A stretch of 64,000 nucleotides of DNA from an uncultured Phycisphaerales bacterium (GTDB taxonomy: Bacteria; Planctomycetota; Phycisphaerae; Tepidisphaerales; Tepidisphaeraceae): NCBI GenBank assembly GCA_963758525.1, contig CAVWVQ010000005.1, positions 256,001-320,000 of the forward strand. The letters run 5' to 3'. Of the stretch, positions 40,408-51,919 are shown in pieces. The position numbers were made by a program, and so were the translations under genes. Every line of letters begins with the position of its first letter. Position 1 is the first letter of the stretch. The notes under the pieces were generated by a model that was not told the DNA's origin, made no database searches, and saw only the letters and a list, made by a program, of their open reading frames with translations.

Positions 40408-43062
40408 ATGAACTTCGAAGCTGTGAGCCCGCGTGTGGATCGTTCGTCGGCAATGGCCGGTGATCGCGAAGGGTTTCGCGCCCGCAGGGTGCGGCGCGAA
40501 AACACGCAATGGAAGAGCGTCTCGTCCACCAGTCTGGATTCACCGCCGGATCGACTGGCGATTGCCGTTGAAGCGATTGTTTACATGCTCCTTCTCTTCA
40601 TGCCCGCGGCGCTAGGCGCGGTGCAACCCTGGAGCGAGACGGTTGTCTTCGCTGGAAGCCTTGTCATTGCCTTCCTGCTGGCCGTCCGGCGGTGGCGTGG
40701 CGAGAGCAATGGGGCGGCCGGCTGGACGCTGCTTCCGATCGTTCTTTTCATCGGGTTGATTCTGCTCCAGTTGGCGCATTTGCCGGCGGGAGCGCTGCGA
40801 ATCATCGCGCCTCCGACGTTCGCCATGAAGAGGGAACTGCTCTCCGATCTTCCCAATCTCGCCCAGTTGACTCACTACATGACGCTGAGTTTTTATCCTC
40901 CCGCGACCCGTCACGACCTTCGCATCGTGCTGTTTGCAACCTCACTATTTGCCGCCACGATCGAGGTGTTCCGTCGGCCCGCGCAGATCGTTCGCCTGCT
41001 CGCGGTCATTGCCGCCATTGGCGGGGCTGAAGCGGTCCTGGCGCTGATTCAGAACTTCACGGGAACGGAAAAAATCTATTGGATCATTCCCTCGGCTTAT
41101 CGGGCGGTGTGTGGCTCGTTCATCAATTACAGCAACTTTTGTCAGTTTATGAACGCGTCGATCGGCGCTGCCCTGGGATTGCTTTTGGTCAAGGCCGAAG
41201 AACTGCCGCGCGAGCGCGAAGGGTTTAATTTCGGAACGTCCTTTGCCGAAATGATCGAGTCATTCAGCACGCTCAAGCTGCAGGGCATTGCCTCATTGGC
41301 GGTGATGATCATGCTCGGCTCCATTGCGGTTTTTCTGTCGATGAGCCGTGGTGGGATTCTTTCGTTCATGGTCGGCGTCAGCGTGATGGTGCTTCTGCTG
41401 GCCCGCCGCGGACGCCTGCGCGGCTACGGTTGGCTGATGACCGTGATCGGGTTGGCGGTGTTCGTCACGTTGCTATATGGCGGATTCGAGCTTGTCTGCG
41501 ATCGGCTCGCCACCATCTACAAGTGCCCCGATCCTTCTTCGGGCCGCTTTCAAACATATAAGGACATAGCCGTTGTTTGCCGTCGATTTCCGATCATGGG
41601 AATCGGACTGGGATCACACTCTCTGGTCTATCCGATGTTCGATCGCTCCAATAACCTCAATCTGGCCGAATATGCTGACAGTGACTGGTTTCAGCTGTTC
41701 GAAGAGACGGGAATTCTGGGAATCACGCTCGTTCTCGCGTTTGTTGGACTGATCGGATTTCATCTCGCCCGCGCGATCCGTGCTGATCGTCCTGCTATTT
41801 GTACTGCCGCGTTTGGGTTGGGAGCGGGGCTGATTGCGGTCGTCGGTCACAGTTTTACCGATTTTGGCCAGCATCTCCCCGCAGACGCGGCTCTTTCCGC
41901 GATCTTCTGCGGCCTGATCGTCAATTTCTCACGCATGCCTGGCGCGGGGCAACCCAAGCCCGCATTATCCGAGTCTCCGCTCGCCGGTACTGGTTGGCTG
42001 CCGCGACTGGCGCGGGCCGTTCCCTTCATTGCGCTGACGGCTGCACTTGCCTGGGCGCTGATCAGCGCGGAAACCATGCGTGTGGCGGCCGGACACTGGG
42101 ACCAAGCCTCTGCGATGGGCGAGGCGCTGGGCCAAAAGAACTGGTTGGGAAATGATGCCGAGTACACGTCGCTCCTGCAGGAGGCGACTGCGGCTGCCGA
42201 TCTCGAGCCGGATAATGTCAATTACGAATACGGTTTGAATTGCATGCGTTGGTATGCAGTCAGCCGCGCTCCCGATGGCAGTGCGCCGGCGACCGACGGT
42301 CAAATCACCTTCACGCCGGAAGCGCTCGGCTTTATCCAGCAGATCGTCGGCGAGTTGCACGGAGCTCGGCTGCTGTGCCCGACCTTCGGCCCACTTTCTT
42401 CGTTCGCCGGCCAGTTGGAGCTGTTCGCCCTGGGCGAGCCTATCGGAGCCCAGCACGTTCGTCAGGGCTTCGCGTTGAATCCAACTCATCCGGCTGTCTG
42501 CTTCTCCGCTGCCCGGGTTGCAGCATCTGAAGGGAAATGGGACGAATCGATTCAGGAATTTCAATGCGCCTTGAGTCTGGATCGAGAGCTCTTCCCGCAG
42601 ATCCTGCCGATCTACATTCAGGCGAAGCGTCCCGATCTTGCCATCAAACTGGCTAAGAATGATCCTCAACATCTTCTCGATGCTGCCTATGCGCTGGATG
42701 CGACCGGGAAGCGAAGCGAGGACGCCGCGGTTGGAAAAGCGTTCGAGGAAACCATGGTTGAGCTCCGTGCCGACAGTCTGCAAGAAGACGCGCCGGTCTG
42801 GCTCCTGCGCGGGATGGTCGATCTCGCCGTGAAGCAGAACGATTTCAGCGGCGCGATCACCTTCATGAAACGTGCGATTGTCAAGGACTATGGCAAGCCT
42901 GACTGGCATCTTCTGCTTGCACAACTTCTGGCGCAGCAGGGACGCACGATGGACGCGGTTCACGAAGCCCGGATCACGCTTCGGCTCAACCCTGCGGCGG
43001 AGGATGCGCGTCAGTTGCTGGGAAACCTCAGCACCCGTCGCGATTTCGTCTCTGAAAACTGA
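40408..43062 (+). CDS. O-antigen ligase-like (Wzy_C) membrane protein with C-terminal TPR-like region
   Basis: Multi-TM; GSFINYSNF, SMSRGG, FPIMGIGLGS, ADSDWFQLFEETG, HSFTDF; helical TPR-like C-terminus. Confidence 0.8.
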   Translation: MNFEAVSPRVDRSSAMAGDREGFRARRVRRENTQWKSVSSTSLDSPPDRLAIAVEAIVYMLLLFMPAALGAVQPWSETVVFAGSLVIAFLLAVRRWRGESNGAAGWTLLPIVLFIGLILLQLAHLPAGALRIIAPPTFAMKRELLSDLPNLAQLTHYMTLSFYPPATRHDLRIVLFATSLFAATIEVFRRPAQIVRLLAVIAAIGGAEAVLALIQNFTGTEKIYWIIPSAYRAVCGSFINYSNFCQFMNASIGAALGLLLVKAEELPREREGFNFGTSFAEMIESFSTLKLQGIASLAVMIMLGSIAVFLSMSRGGILSFMVGVSVMVLLLARRGRLRGYGWLMTVIGLAVFVTLLYGGFELVCDRLATIYKCPDPSSGRFQTYKDIAVVCRRFPIMGIGLGSHSLVYPMFDRSNNLNLAEYADSDWFQLFEETGILGITLVLAFVGLIGFHLARAIRADRPAICTAAFGLGAGLIAVVGHSFTDFGQHLPADAALSAIFCGLIVNFSRMPGAGQPKPALSESPLAGTGWLPRLARAVPFIALTAALAWALISAETMRVAAGHWDQASAMGEALGQKNWLGNDAEYTSLLQEATAAADLEPDNVNYEYGLNCMRWYAVSRAPDGSAPATDGQITFTPEALGFIQQIVGELHGARLLCPTFGPLSSFAGQLELFALGEPIGAQHVRQGFALNPTHPAVCFSAARVAASEGKWDESIQEFQCALSLDRELFPQILPIYIQAKRPDLAIKLAKNDPQHLLDAAYALDATGKRSEDAAVGKAFEETMVELRADSLQEDAPVWLLRGMVDLAVKQNDFSGAITFMKRAIVKDYGKPDWHLLLAQLLAQQGRTMDAVHEARITLRLNPAAEDARQLLGNLSTRRDFVSEN

Positions 43063-43219
43063 TCTTCGTTGATGGGCAAGGCAGTCCCGTGCGGCAAAAT
43101 CAGATCCGGCCGCGCGACGGCCCAGTCTGACGGCGCCGCTGGGAATTCGGTTCTGCGTCGGCGTGCCGGCGTATGTATCTATCAGGGGTTAACTTCCTTT
43201 AAGTCTGGGGAGCAGATAC

Positions 43220-44838
43220 ATGAGTGCAATACAAGGTCGTACCGTTTTGCATCAGGAGATCGATCTCACCGATTTGCCTGGTGAGATCGGTTTGGGAACA
43301 AGCCTCGCTGAGGTGCTTCCGGCCTCGATGGTTTTGGCGCAGCAGCGCGCCATCGAACAGAACGGGGTCACAGGGACGGAAGATCTCTTGGCGAGTTCGC
43401 CACGGTGCTTCCCCGCTCAAAGGCGTCGCGACGCCATCTTCTTCGGTCCAAACAGATCATCTGCACCGTCTTCCCCCTCCTGGCAGCTGACGTGCTCGCG
43501 GCCTATCTGTCCGGAATCGTCTCGCTTCTGATCCTCAAAGCGATTGCCGTCGCGCCGCTGGCAAGGCTTGGCTGGGCATCGCCGGTGATTTTGCTGCCGG
43601 TCTTGATAGCCTACTGGGCAGGGGGGCTGTATCCCGGAATCGGACTGCATCCGGTCGTAGAGTTTAGAAAGATCGTCAAGCTCAATACATTTGTCTTTCT
43701 TGGAGTGCTGCTGGCGTCGATGATCGAGCTGGCGCCAGCGCGAAGCTCGGCATTTTTCGCGATCAGTTGGGCGTTCTCAGTGGCAGCGATGCCCCTCGCA
43801 CGCGGGGCAGCCCGCAACTGGAGCGCCCGTCGTTTATGGTGGGGCTATCCTGCGCTGATCATCGGGTGCAGCAAGGGCGCCGAAAAGGTTCTGGCCACTC
43901 TTCAGGAGACTCCGCGAACCGGGCTTCGTCCTGTAGGCCTGATCGACTTGTCGGAGCGCCGCGATGATGATTCGTCGATTACGATCTGTACTCGACGCGC
44001 AGCGATGGCCGATGCGCTGATCGAAAAGTTCGCGATTCCCTATGGCATCGTCGCGATGCCCGACTTGTCACGCCATGAGATTGTCGAGCTGATCAATCAC
44101 TGTTCAAGCCAGGTCCCGCATCTGCTGCTGCTGTCCAACTGCGACGATGTTCCAAGCCTGTGGAACGCGCCGAGACTTTGTGGAAGCATGCCTGGCACCG
44201 AAGTGCGCAACGGGCTGATGCTGGCAAGTCTGCGGGGGATCAAGCGGGCCATGGACTTCGGTTTCGCGGCGTCGGCGACACTGATCGCAAGTCCGCTGAT
44301 CGCTGCAATTCTGGTACTCGTGAAACTGTCCAGTCCCGGGCCGGTGTTCTACGGACACCGGAGAATTGGGCTGCAGGGCGGATCCTTCAAAGCCTGGAAG
44401 TTTCGCACGATGCACGTCGATGGCGATGAAATTCTGAGAAGGCATCTCTCATCGAACCCCGAAGCGCGCGAGGAATGGGAGCGCGATCACAAGTTGCGCA
44501 ACGATCCACGCGTGACATCCGTCGGGCGGCTCTTGCGCAAATTGAGTCTGGATGAATTGCCGCAGCTTTGGAATGTGCTGAAGGGCGAAATGAGCATGGT
44601 TGGACCGCGGCCGATCGTCGACGAGGAGGTCGAAAAATATGGCCGGGTCTATTCCCTCTATACGGGAGTCGTCCCGGGAATCACCGGGCTTTGGCAGATC
44701 TCGGGGCGCAACGATACGACCTACGGGCAGCGTGTTCGATTGGACAGTTATTACGTGCGCAACTGGTCGCCATGGCTCGACGTCTATATCCTCGCGCGGA
44801 CGCCGCTGGCCGTACTTTGCGGCAAGGGAGCCTGCTGA
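43220..44838 (+). CDS. wbaP: Undecaprenyl-phosphate sugar phosphotransferase (WbaP-like); probable frameshift ~43410, or start at GTG 43405
   Basis: KRAMD, SPGPVFY...[62 protein letters not shown]. Confidence 0.9.
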
Positions 44839-44882
44839 ACTTGTGTCGTTTTGATTAGTCGTAACCGTAGTCGCAGCACCCT

Positions 44883-46205
44883 ATGAATTCATTGTCGCAC
44901 CGCAGACTTGCAAAGGACACGACTTGGACCACGGTTGCGCTGGGCAGCCGGCTTGGGTTTCAAGCGCTCTATTACGTGCTATTGGCGCGGACTCTGGGCG
45001 CTCACGGATTAGGGGTGTTCGCAAGTGCCCTCGCCCTGGTCAACATCCTCTCTCCGTTCAGCGGCGTTGGAGCCGGAAGTCTGATCGTCAAATACGTCGC
45101 TCGTGACCGCAATGCGCTGGGCTTTTACTTTTCCCACGCGGTGAAAGCCATGATAGTCAGCGGTGCGCTGCTGGCGGCGGCATGCGTGGCGCTTCGCGGC
45201 CCAAGCCTTGGTCCGAGTGTTGGCTGGAGGGTCGTCATCCTGGTTGCCGTTTCCGAATTGATTGTGGTTCGCTATGTGGAAACGATCGTCCAGACGCTTC
45301 AAGCGATCGACCGACTCGATCTGATGGCTCACGTCCAGTTCGTGACCGGAGCCGTCCGGCTCGTTGCGGTCTTGGTCTGCCTGGGCATTGACCGCCATCC
45401 ATCGGTTGTCACTTTCTCCGGCTGCTATCTGGCTGCCGGCATCGTTTCGGCGATCCTCGCTCACGCAATGCTGGCTCGCGAGGCAGGCTCGCTGTCGGTG
45501 ACAACGCTTCCCGGATCGTCGCTTGCTAGCCGCCTGCGCGACGGCTTGCCGTTCTCCATCGGTGTCGCTTCCAAGTCGGTTTACGCTGACATCGATAAGA
45601 CGATGCTCACCCGGATGGTGTCCGCCGACGTGACCGGAATCTACACTGCCGCCTATCGTCTTGTGACTACCGTGTCGATTCCGATTCTGGCTGCTGTCAT
45701 GTCGGTCAACACGCGGCTTTTCAAGCGGGGGAAGGACGGGCTCGGTTCTGCCGTCGGGCTTGCAAGACAAATCATGCCGTATCTGCTCGCCTACGCCGTG
45801 CTCACCGGCGGTTTGATTTACCTTTGCGCTCCGATGCTCACGCTGGTCCTTGGGGAGTCGTTCGCGCCCTCGGTAGCGGTCGTCCGCTGGCTGGCGTTCG
45901 TACCGGTCATCCAGGCGGTGCATTATCTTCTCGGTGATACGCTGATGGGGGCGGATTTTCAGGGGTGGCGCAGCGCGTGCCAATGCATCGTGGCCGCCGT
46001 GAACATTGTGCTGAATCTTTGGCTGATTCCGCTGATGTCTTGGAAGGGGGCGGTGATTGCGACGTTCCTGTCCGAAGGACTGCTGGCGGTGCTGATGGTG
46101 TTCATGATTTTCCGATACATCCGCATTGAGTCCGCCGCGCAGGCTGAAACCTCGGTTGACTGCGGCTCCGACTCCTTGATGCCTGCGATCGCGGAGGTCG
46201 CGTGA
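44883..46205 (+). CDS. Wzx-type oligosaccharide flippase
   Basis: Multi-TM; LARTLG...G.F, DKTML, GIYTAAYRL, NIVLNLWLIP...GAVIAT. Confidence 0.85.
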   Translation: MNSLSHRRLAKDTTWTTVALGSRLGFQALYYVLLARTLGAHGLGVFASALALVNILSPFSGVGAGSLIVKYVARDRNALGFYFSHAVKAMIVSGALLAAACVALRGPSLGPSVGWRVVILVAVSELIVVRYVETIVQTLQAIDRLDLMAHVQFVTGAVRLVAVLVCLGIDRHPSVVTFSGCYLAAGIVSAILAHAMLAREAGSLSVTTLPGSSLASRLRDGLPFSIGVASKSVYADIDKTMLTRMVSADVTGIYTAAYRLVTTVSIPILAAVMSVNTRLFKRGKDGLGSAVGLARQIMPYLLAYAVLTGGLIYLCAPMLTLVLGESFAPSVAVVRWLAFVPVIQAVHYLLGDTLMGADFQGWRSACQCIVAAVNIVLNLWLIPLMSWKGAVIATFLSEGLLAVLMVFMIFRYIRIESAAQAETSVDCGSDSLMPAIAEVA

Positions 46206-47428
46206 AGCTGCTGATGGTCAGCGCACGCTACGCGCCTCATCTGCACGGCGGGGGCGAAATCAGCACGATGCACTTTGCCGAGATGCTCATCAATGCGGGC
46301 GTCGAGGTCACGGTGGTCACAACGCATCCGCAGGGCGAGGTCGAGAAGGATGAGATCCGGGGCGTCCGCGTCATCCGGCTGCCCAATCGAAATCTCTACT
46401 GGCAGGTCCCCGGAGTTTCGCAACCGAAGTGGAAGAAGGCTGGCTGGCACGTCCTGGACCTGTACAATATCCCCATGTATCGGGCATTGCGGAAGGTCAT
46501 CCGCCAGACGCAGCCCGACCTGATTCAGACTCATGCCTTGGAGGGGTTTTCCTGTTCGGCGTGGTCGGCGGCACGTGATGAAGGCGTCGCCGTTTGTCAC
46601 TATATTCATAGCTACTACCTGCTTTGTCCGCGCGCAACGATGCATCGAGGCGGAAACAACTGCTCATCTCAATGCGGCTCCTGCGCCGTCATCACGCAGC
46701 CCCGGCGTCGGGCATCAAAGCTCGTGGACGGAGTCATCGGAAACAGCAGATACGTCCTGGACCTGCATCTGCGGGCCGACTACTTTCCAAACGCGAAACA
46801 TCGAACGGTGATCAGCGGGTCGTATGACACAAAGATCTCCGAGAGTGACATCACCGATCGTTCGTCCGGTCCGCTTCGGCTTGGCTATCTGGGAAGGCTC
46901 GATCCCACAAAGGGTCTCGATTGGCTCGTGGAGCAGATTCGCCGCGTGAAGCCCGGCATGGTCGAACTGCTCGTCGCCGGAAAGGGCAGCGAAGACTACG
47001 AAGCGGCGCTTCGCAGCAAATCGGCGGGGCTTCCAATCCGGTTTCTCGGTCACGTGGCGCCCGGCGCTTTTTTTCCGCTCATCGAACTGCTCGTCGCCCC
47101 GTCGATCTGGAACGAGCCTCACGGCCGCATCATTTACGAGGCATACGCCCATGGCATCCCCGTCGCGGCGCCCGCCCGCGGCGGAATGCCCGAACTGATC
47201 GAAGATGGATGCAATGGATTTATCCTTCGCCCTGACTCGGATGACCTTTTATCGGTTATTCAGAAACTGGCCGGCGATGCCAACTGCCTGAAGGGGATGC
47301 GTCATCGCGCCCTCCTGAGTGCCGGTCGATTCTCATCGACGCGGATTTGCGACGAGATGATGCGATTCCTCGCCGAGATGACGCCGGCTGCAATAGTGTC
47401 ATCGCCCGTTCAATTGGCTGAAGCTTAA
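46202..47428 (+). CDS. Glycosyltransferase family 4
   Basis: GGGEIS, YLGRL...KG, PSIWNEP.G....EA...G.PV....GGMPE. Confidence 0.9.
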   Translation: MKLLMVSARYAPHLHGGGEISTMHFAEMLINAGVEVTVVTTHPQGEVEKDEIRGVRVIRLPNRNLYWQVPGVSQPKWKKAGWHVLDLYNIPMYRALRKVIRQTQPDLIQTHALEGFSCSAWSAARDEGVAVCHYIHSYYLLCPRATMHRGGNNCSSQCGSCAVITQPRRRASKLVDGVIGNSRYVLDLHLRADYFPNAKHRTVISGSYDTKISESDITDRSSGPLRLGYLGRLDPTKGLDWLVEQIRRVKPGMVELLVAGKGSEDYEAALRSKSAGLPIRFLGHVAPGAFFPLIELLVAPSIWNEPHGRIIYEAYAHGIPVAAPARGGMPELIEDGCNGFILRPDSDDLLSVIQKLAGDANCLKGMRHRALLSAGRFSSTRICDEMMRFLAEMTPAAIVSSPVQLAEA

Positions 47429-47442
47429 TAAGTTGTGATCAG

Positions 47443-48831
47443 ATGAACTCCATCGACGCCAAAATGAATGACTCTTTTCAAGCTCCCCGGGCACGTTGGC
47501 AATCTGAGCCGGCTCCTCAGGGCGTTGCAAGAATTTCAATTGCCCGGCGAGATCCTCCTGAGAAGGTCCTGTGGCATTGGAACGGCCGATTCGTTTTCAC
47601 ACCTCATGGGATCGTGCTGACCACCGTGGCGATCTCCGCGTTCTTCTGGCTGGTTCCCCTGGAAGGATTTGCCGTCACGGCAGTTCATCCGGAGCTGAGC
47701 GGCCTGTGTCTCCTGGCTGGGTGGTACCTGACAATCGTTCTCGCCGCCCGAGTCGGTTACGAACTGGGCGGCAACCTCCCGCTGGCCTCGGGTCTGATGA
47801 ACAACGAACGCATGGACATCGCTTATCTCGTCATCAGCGCCCTGGCCACCGTGGGCGTGATGGCTACCCTTCAGGCGGTGTCATCAGTTGGCGTCTCCTC
47901 TGTCATCGATGCCTTCACCAACTCGTACGCGAATTCACTCAAGTCATCGCTGTACGAGGATTATTCGGCGGGAATTTATACCCTTCGCTACGCATCGATA
48001 CTCGCGTCAGCGATCGCGATCTATCGCCTGATATTCGGGCGTGTCGATACAATTCTCGGGCAGACGCGTTACCCGGCCGCTCTGCTGCTCCTGGACATCT
48101 GGAACGTTTTGATGCTGCTCTTGAGCGCTGCAATCGCCAGCCGATTGTCGGTGATTTGCTGTATCGCCATCGTCGGGTATCTCGCGAGTCTCAGGGGAAC
48201 CCTCGGGCTGCTGAGAAATCGATATACGCTGCTGATCGCTGTTGTGATTATTGTGGCCATGGTTTTCTTCAACTACTCGCGCAATTCCCGTTATTACGGG
48301 AAGGTTTACGGAGTGGACAATCCGATTACCATGCAGTTGGGCGAAATGAAGCGATACGCGGGCGAGCCGTTTCGCGCGAGTATTGCCTGCTGCAGCGTGC
48401 TGGCGGGGAGTCAGGCCGATCGGATCGATGCGGATCTCACGCCGAAGGAAATTATTCTTCCGGGTTTTTTGATCGAGAAGGGCCGGGTGCCGCGCGAGTT
48501 GGAAATACGCTGGTACCATCGCTATGTGGATGTTGACGATTCTCTGACCACTAACTCAGCGTTTCTCGATATCATGCCTGTTCTTGGGGCCTGGGCGATT
48601 CCCTTCATCGGGTTCGTATCGCTGATGATGGGCATTGCGGCGGCGTGGCTTCCGCGGCATGGTTTCCTGCCCACCCTCTCCGCCGGTGCAATCACATACG
48701 GCTTTGCCGAACTGTGGCGCATCTATTTGTTCAACCAGGGCATCCTGATTTTTCTCATTGGTTTGCCCCTTCTTGTCGTGTTCGCCTCGCGATTCTGGAT
48801 CTCAGAACGCGGCGCTGGGCGCAGTGGGTAA
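47443..48831 (+). CDS. Putative Wzy oligosaccharide-repeat polymerase
   Basis: About 10 TM helices with a periplasmic loop (TTNSAF); sits between GT genes; no better candidate in the cluster. Confidence 0.6.
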   Translation: MNSIDAKMNDSFQAPRARWQSEPAPQGVARISIARRDPPEKVLWHWNGRFVFTPHGIVLTTVAISAFFWLVPLEGFAVTAVHPELSGLCLLAGWYLTIVLAARVGYELGGNLPLASGLMNNERMDIAYLVISALATVGVMATLQAVSSVGVSSVIDAFTNSYANSLKSSLYEDYSAGIYTLRYASILASAIAIYRLIFGRVDTILGQTRYPAALLLLDIWNVLMLLLSAAIASRLSVICCIAIVGYLASLRGTLGLLRNRYTLLIAVVIIVAMVFFNYSRNSRYYGKVYGVDNPITMQLGEMKRYAGEPFRASIACCSVLAGSQADRIDADLTPKEIILPGFLIEKGRVPRELEIRWYHRYVDVDDSLTTNSAFLDIMPVLGAWAIPFIGFVSLMMGIAAAWLPRHGFLPTLSAGAITYGFAELWRIYLFNQGILIFLIGLPLLVVFASRFWISERGAGRSG

Positions 48832-48834
48832 TCC

Positions 48835-49851
48835 ATGCAGATCATCGTGGATGCAAGATGGGTCGGGATCTACGGAATCCAACGGTACGCCGCCGAGGTC
48901 CTTCGCAGGGCTCCATCAAATGCGCAGTCCGTCAACTTGGTTGGCGGCCCGTCCCCGAGCAGCCCGCTCAGCCCCTTCTGGCTGTCGCGGAAGTTGGCCT
49001 GCTGCGGGCAAGGCGTCTTCTTTTCGCCGGGATATATGCCTCCCGCTTTCTCGGCTCGCTCCTATGTAGTCACTCTGCACGACCTGATTCCCTTGCGGAG
49101 TGCGACCAAGCTGCTCGCCGCCAAGCGCGCGTTCTTTCAGTTTGTGGTCAGACCGGCTGCAAGACGAGCGGCCCGGATCCTCACGGTTTCGGAATTCTCC
49201 CGAAGGGAAATCATCGACTGGCTCGATGTGCCACCGGAACGCGTGGTGGTAGTCGGCAACGGCGTCGATCCGAAATACTGCCCGGGAGAAGACCAATCCA
49301 AATACACGTTTCCATACGTTCTATATGTTGGCGGCAACAAGCCTCATAAGAACCTCAGGCGTTTGATGGCAGCATTCGCCTCGCCAGCGATCCCGTCGGA
49401 GTTCAAGCTGGTATTAAGTGGTGATTCCAACAGTGAGCTTGCCTCGATCATCTGCGAATTGGGCATCGGTGAACGCATTGTCTTCGCCGGTCGCCTTTCC
49501 GAGGATGAATTGGTAAGGCTCTATCGCGGGGCAGCGGCCCTGGCGCTGGTGTCCTTATACGAAGGTTTTGGGCTGCCGATTCTCGAGGCGATGGCCTGCG
49601 GGACTCCGGTGGTCACATCGAACTCCAGTTCGCTTCCGGAAGTCGCGGGCGAGGCAGCCGTATACGTCGATCCAATCTCGATCGACTCGATTGCCGGCGG
49701 AATCTCGGTCGTATTGCGCGATGAATCGCTGCGCAGCCGGCTGCGGCAGGCAGGGCTCGAACGAGCGGGGCGGTTTAGTTGGGACCGAACTGCCGGTCGC
49801 GTGTGGGATGTCGTCGAGCAGGTGACGAACGAGAAAGCGGGCGTTGCGTGA
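48835..49851 (+). CDS. Glycosyltransferase family 4 (mannosyltransferase-like)
   Basis: TLHDL, TVSEFS, PHKNL, SLYEGFGLPILEAMACGTPV..SN.SSLPEV.G, FSW. Confidence 0.92.
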   Translation: MQIIVDARWVGIYGIQRYAAEVLRRAPSNAQSVNLVGGPSPSSPLSPFWLSRKLACCGQGVFFSPGYMPPAFSARSYVVTLHDLIPLRSATKLLAAKRAFFQFVVRPAARRAARILTVSEFSRREIIDWLDVPPERVVVVGNGVDPKYCPGEDQSKYTFPYVLYVGGNKPHKNLRRLMAAFASPAIPSEFKLVLSGDSNSELASIICELGIGERIVFAGRLSEDELVRLYRGAAALALVSLYEGFGLPILEAMACGTPVVTSNSSSLPEVAGEAAVYVDPISIDSIAGGISVVLRDESLRSRLRQAGLERAGRFSWDRTAGRVWDVVEQVTNEKAGVA

Positions 49852-51016
49852 AGACTGCGATTGTTCACGAATGGTTTTCCACCTACGCCGGCTCCGAGCG
49901 CGTCGTGGAGCAAATGCTCCAGCTCTATCCGGATGCAGACCTTTACGCATTGGTGGATTTTCTGCCTGAGAAAGAGCGCGGATTTCTGGAGGGACGGTCC
50001 GTCAGCACATCCTTTATTCAGAGATTGCCATTTGCTCGCAGGCGTTTTCGCGGATACCTGCCGCTGATGCCGCTGGCGATCGAGCAGTTTGATTTGGCAG
50101 GGTATGACCTGATTCTGTCCTCCAATCATGCCGTGGCAAAGGGCGTGATTCGCGGACCCGACCAGGTGCATATCAGTTATGTGCACACGCCGATGCGGTA
50201 CGCGTGGGATCTGCAGCACCAATATCTTCGCGAGTCGAACCTGGAGCACGGACTTCGCAGTTGGATCACAAGAGCCATTCTTCATTATGTTCGCAACTGG
50301 GATAGTTCGGCGGCCGGTCGCGTCGATCGCCTGGTCGCGAACAGCCGCTATGTCGTGCGCCGCATCTGGGCGCATATCGCCGCGAGGCGACGGTGATTCA
50401 TCCGCCGGTCGACGTGGACGCATTTTCGCTCTGCGAGGAGAAAGAAGACTTTTACGTAGCGGCTTCCCGCCTCGTTCCGTACAAGCGGATGCCGATGATT
50501 GCCGAGGCATTCGCAAAGATGCCGACTCGCAGGCTGGTCATCATTGGTGACGGTCCCGAAATGAACCGCGTGAGGGCCGCCGCTGCCCCAAACATTCAAG
50601 TGCTCGGCTATCAGCCATTCACGGTGCTCCGCGATTACCTGCAGCGTGCCAAAGCGCTGGTGTTCGCGGCGGAAGAGGATTTTGGAATCCTTCCCGTCGA
50701 GGCGATGGCCTGTGGAACTCCCGTCATCGCGTACGCCCGCGGCGGAATTCTGGATATCGTCGTTCCCGGCCAGACCGGGGTATTCTTTGAAGAGCAATCG
50801 GTCGAGGGGATTATCGATGCAGTTGAATCGGCCGACCCCGAATTGCGGCAATTCGACCCCGCGGCAATTCGTTCTCATGCCGAGCTTTACGGTCCCGAAC
50901 GTTTTCGCTCGGAGTTTTCCGCTGTGGTCGCCGCTGAAACCGCCAAATGGCGTAACCGCCGGCTCACCGAACGATTATTGCCTCCAGAACCCGCCAACCA
51001 GTATGCCGCATCCTGA
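49848..51016 (+). CDS. Glycosyltransferase family 4 (WbaZ-like), frameshift ~50370
   Basis: AIVHEW....GSERV, YVHTPMRYAWD, then VIHPPVD, SRLVPYKR, EEDFGI.PVEAMACGTPVIA. Confidence 0.9.
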
Positions 51017-51026
51017 GAGGAATGTT

Positions 51027-51752
51027 ATGTGCCGTCCAAATGACAAAGCCGTTAAAATAAATCGTTGTTCTCACATCCACGCGGCGCTCAATGACTCCAT
51101 CAACGAACTGCTGGAGCAGCACGGGCCCAAGGGCGGATCGCTCCTGGATATCGGGTGCTGGGACGGAGCGACGACGATGTCGTACGCGGCTTCGCTGAAA
51201 ACCGCCCAGTTAAGTGGAGTGGAGTGCATGCCCGTGCCGGCCGAGTCCGCCAAGGCGAAGGGGATCACCATCATCGACGCCAATCTCGAGACTGACATTC
51301 TCGCATGCGCCGATGAATCCATAGACATCGCCGTGTGCAATCAGGTATTCGAGCACCTCAAAGACATCTTCCATCCCATGGACGAGATTGCCCGGGTCTT
51401 GAAGACAGGCGGGCTGCTGGTCATCTCTGTCCCCAATCTCGCAAGTTTTCACAATCGCTGCATGCTGGCGCTAGGGTTGCAGCCGTCCTCGATTCGGATT
51501 TGGGGCCCGCACGTGCGAGGGTACAGCCTCAACGAATTTACGAAGTTCTGCACCACTGGAGGGTGCTTTGAAGTAGTCGACATCAGGGGGGTCGGCTTTT
51601 ATCCGTTCTCGCCCAAGGGTGGCGGAAATCTTCTCGGGAACGTCTGGAAGACTGCGTGCCATACACCCATCTGGGTATTGCGCAGGACTGCTGAACGCGG
51701 GACTTCGTTTCGCAATATGTACCAGTCGATGGGTCAGCAGACTTTGATGTAA
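51027..51752 (+). CDS. Class I SAM-dependent methyltransferase
   Basis: LLDIGCWDG motif I, NQVFEHL, RVLKTGG.LVISVPN; last gene of the polysaccharide cluster. Confidence 0.85.
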   Translation: MCRPNDKAVKINRCSHIHAALNDSINELLEQHGPKGGSLLDIGCWDGATTMSYAASLKTAQLSGVECMPVPAESAKAKGITIIDANLETDILACADESIDIAVCNQVFEHLKDIFHPMDEIARVLKTGGLLVISVPNLASFHNRCMLALGLQPSSIRIWGPHVRGYSLNEFTKFCTTGGCFEVVDIRGVGFYPFSPKGGGNLLGNVWKTACHTPIWVLRRTAERGTSFRNMYQSMGQQTLM

Positions 51753-51919
51753 ATACCAAACTATTCGCGGCTCCGCCCTGGAGAAGGCCGGCCGCTCGAA
51801 TGTTTCACGCGGAAAATGCCTGCATCGGCGATGGTCGCCGATGCTGAACGGTGGAATTCGCCCCCGATTAAAATGCTCGGGGACGCAGTTGCAACTTTTG
51901 AAGATACGGCAGGGAGATT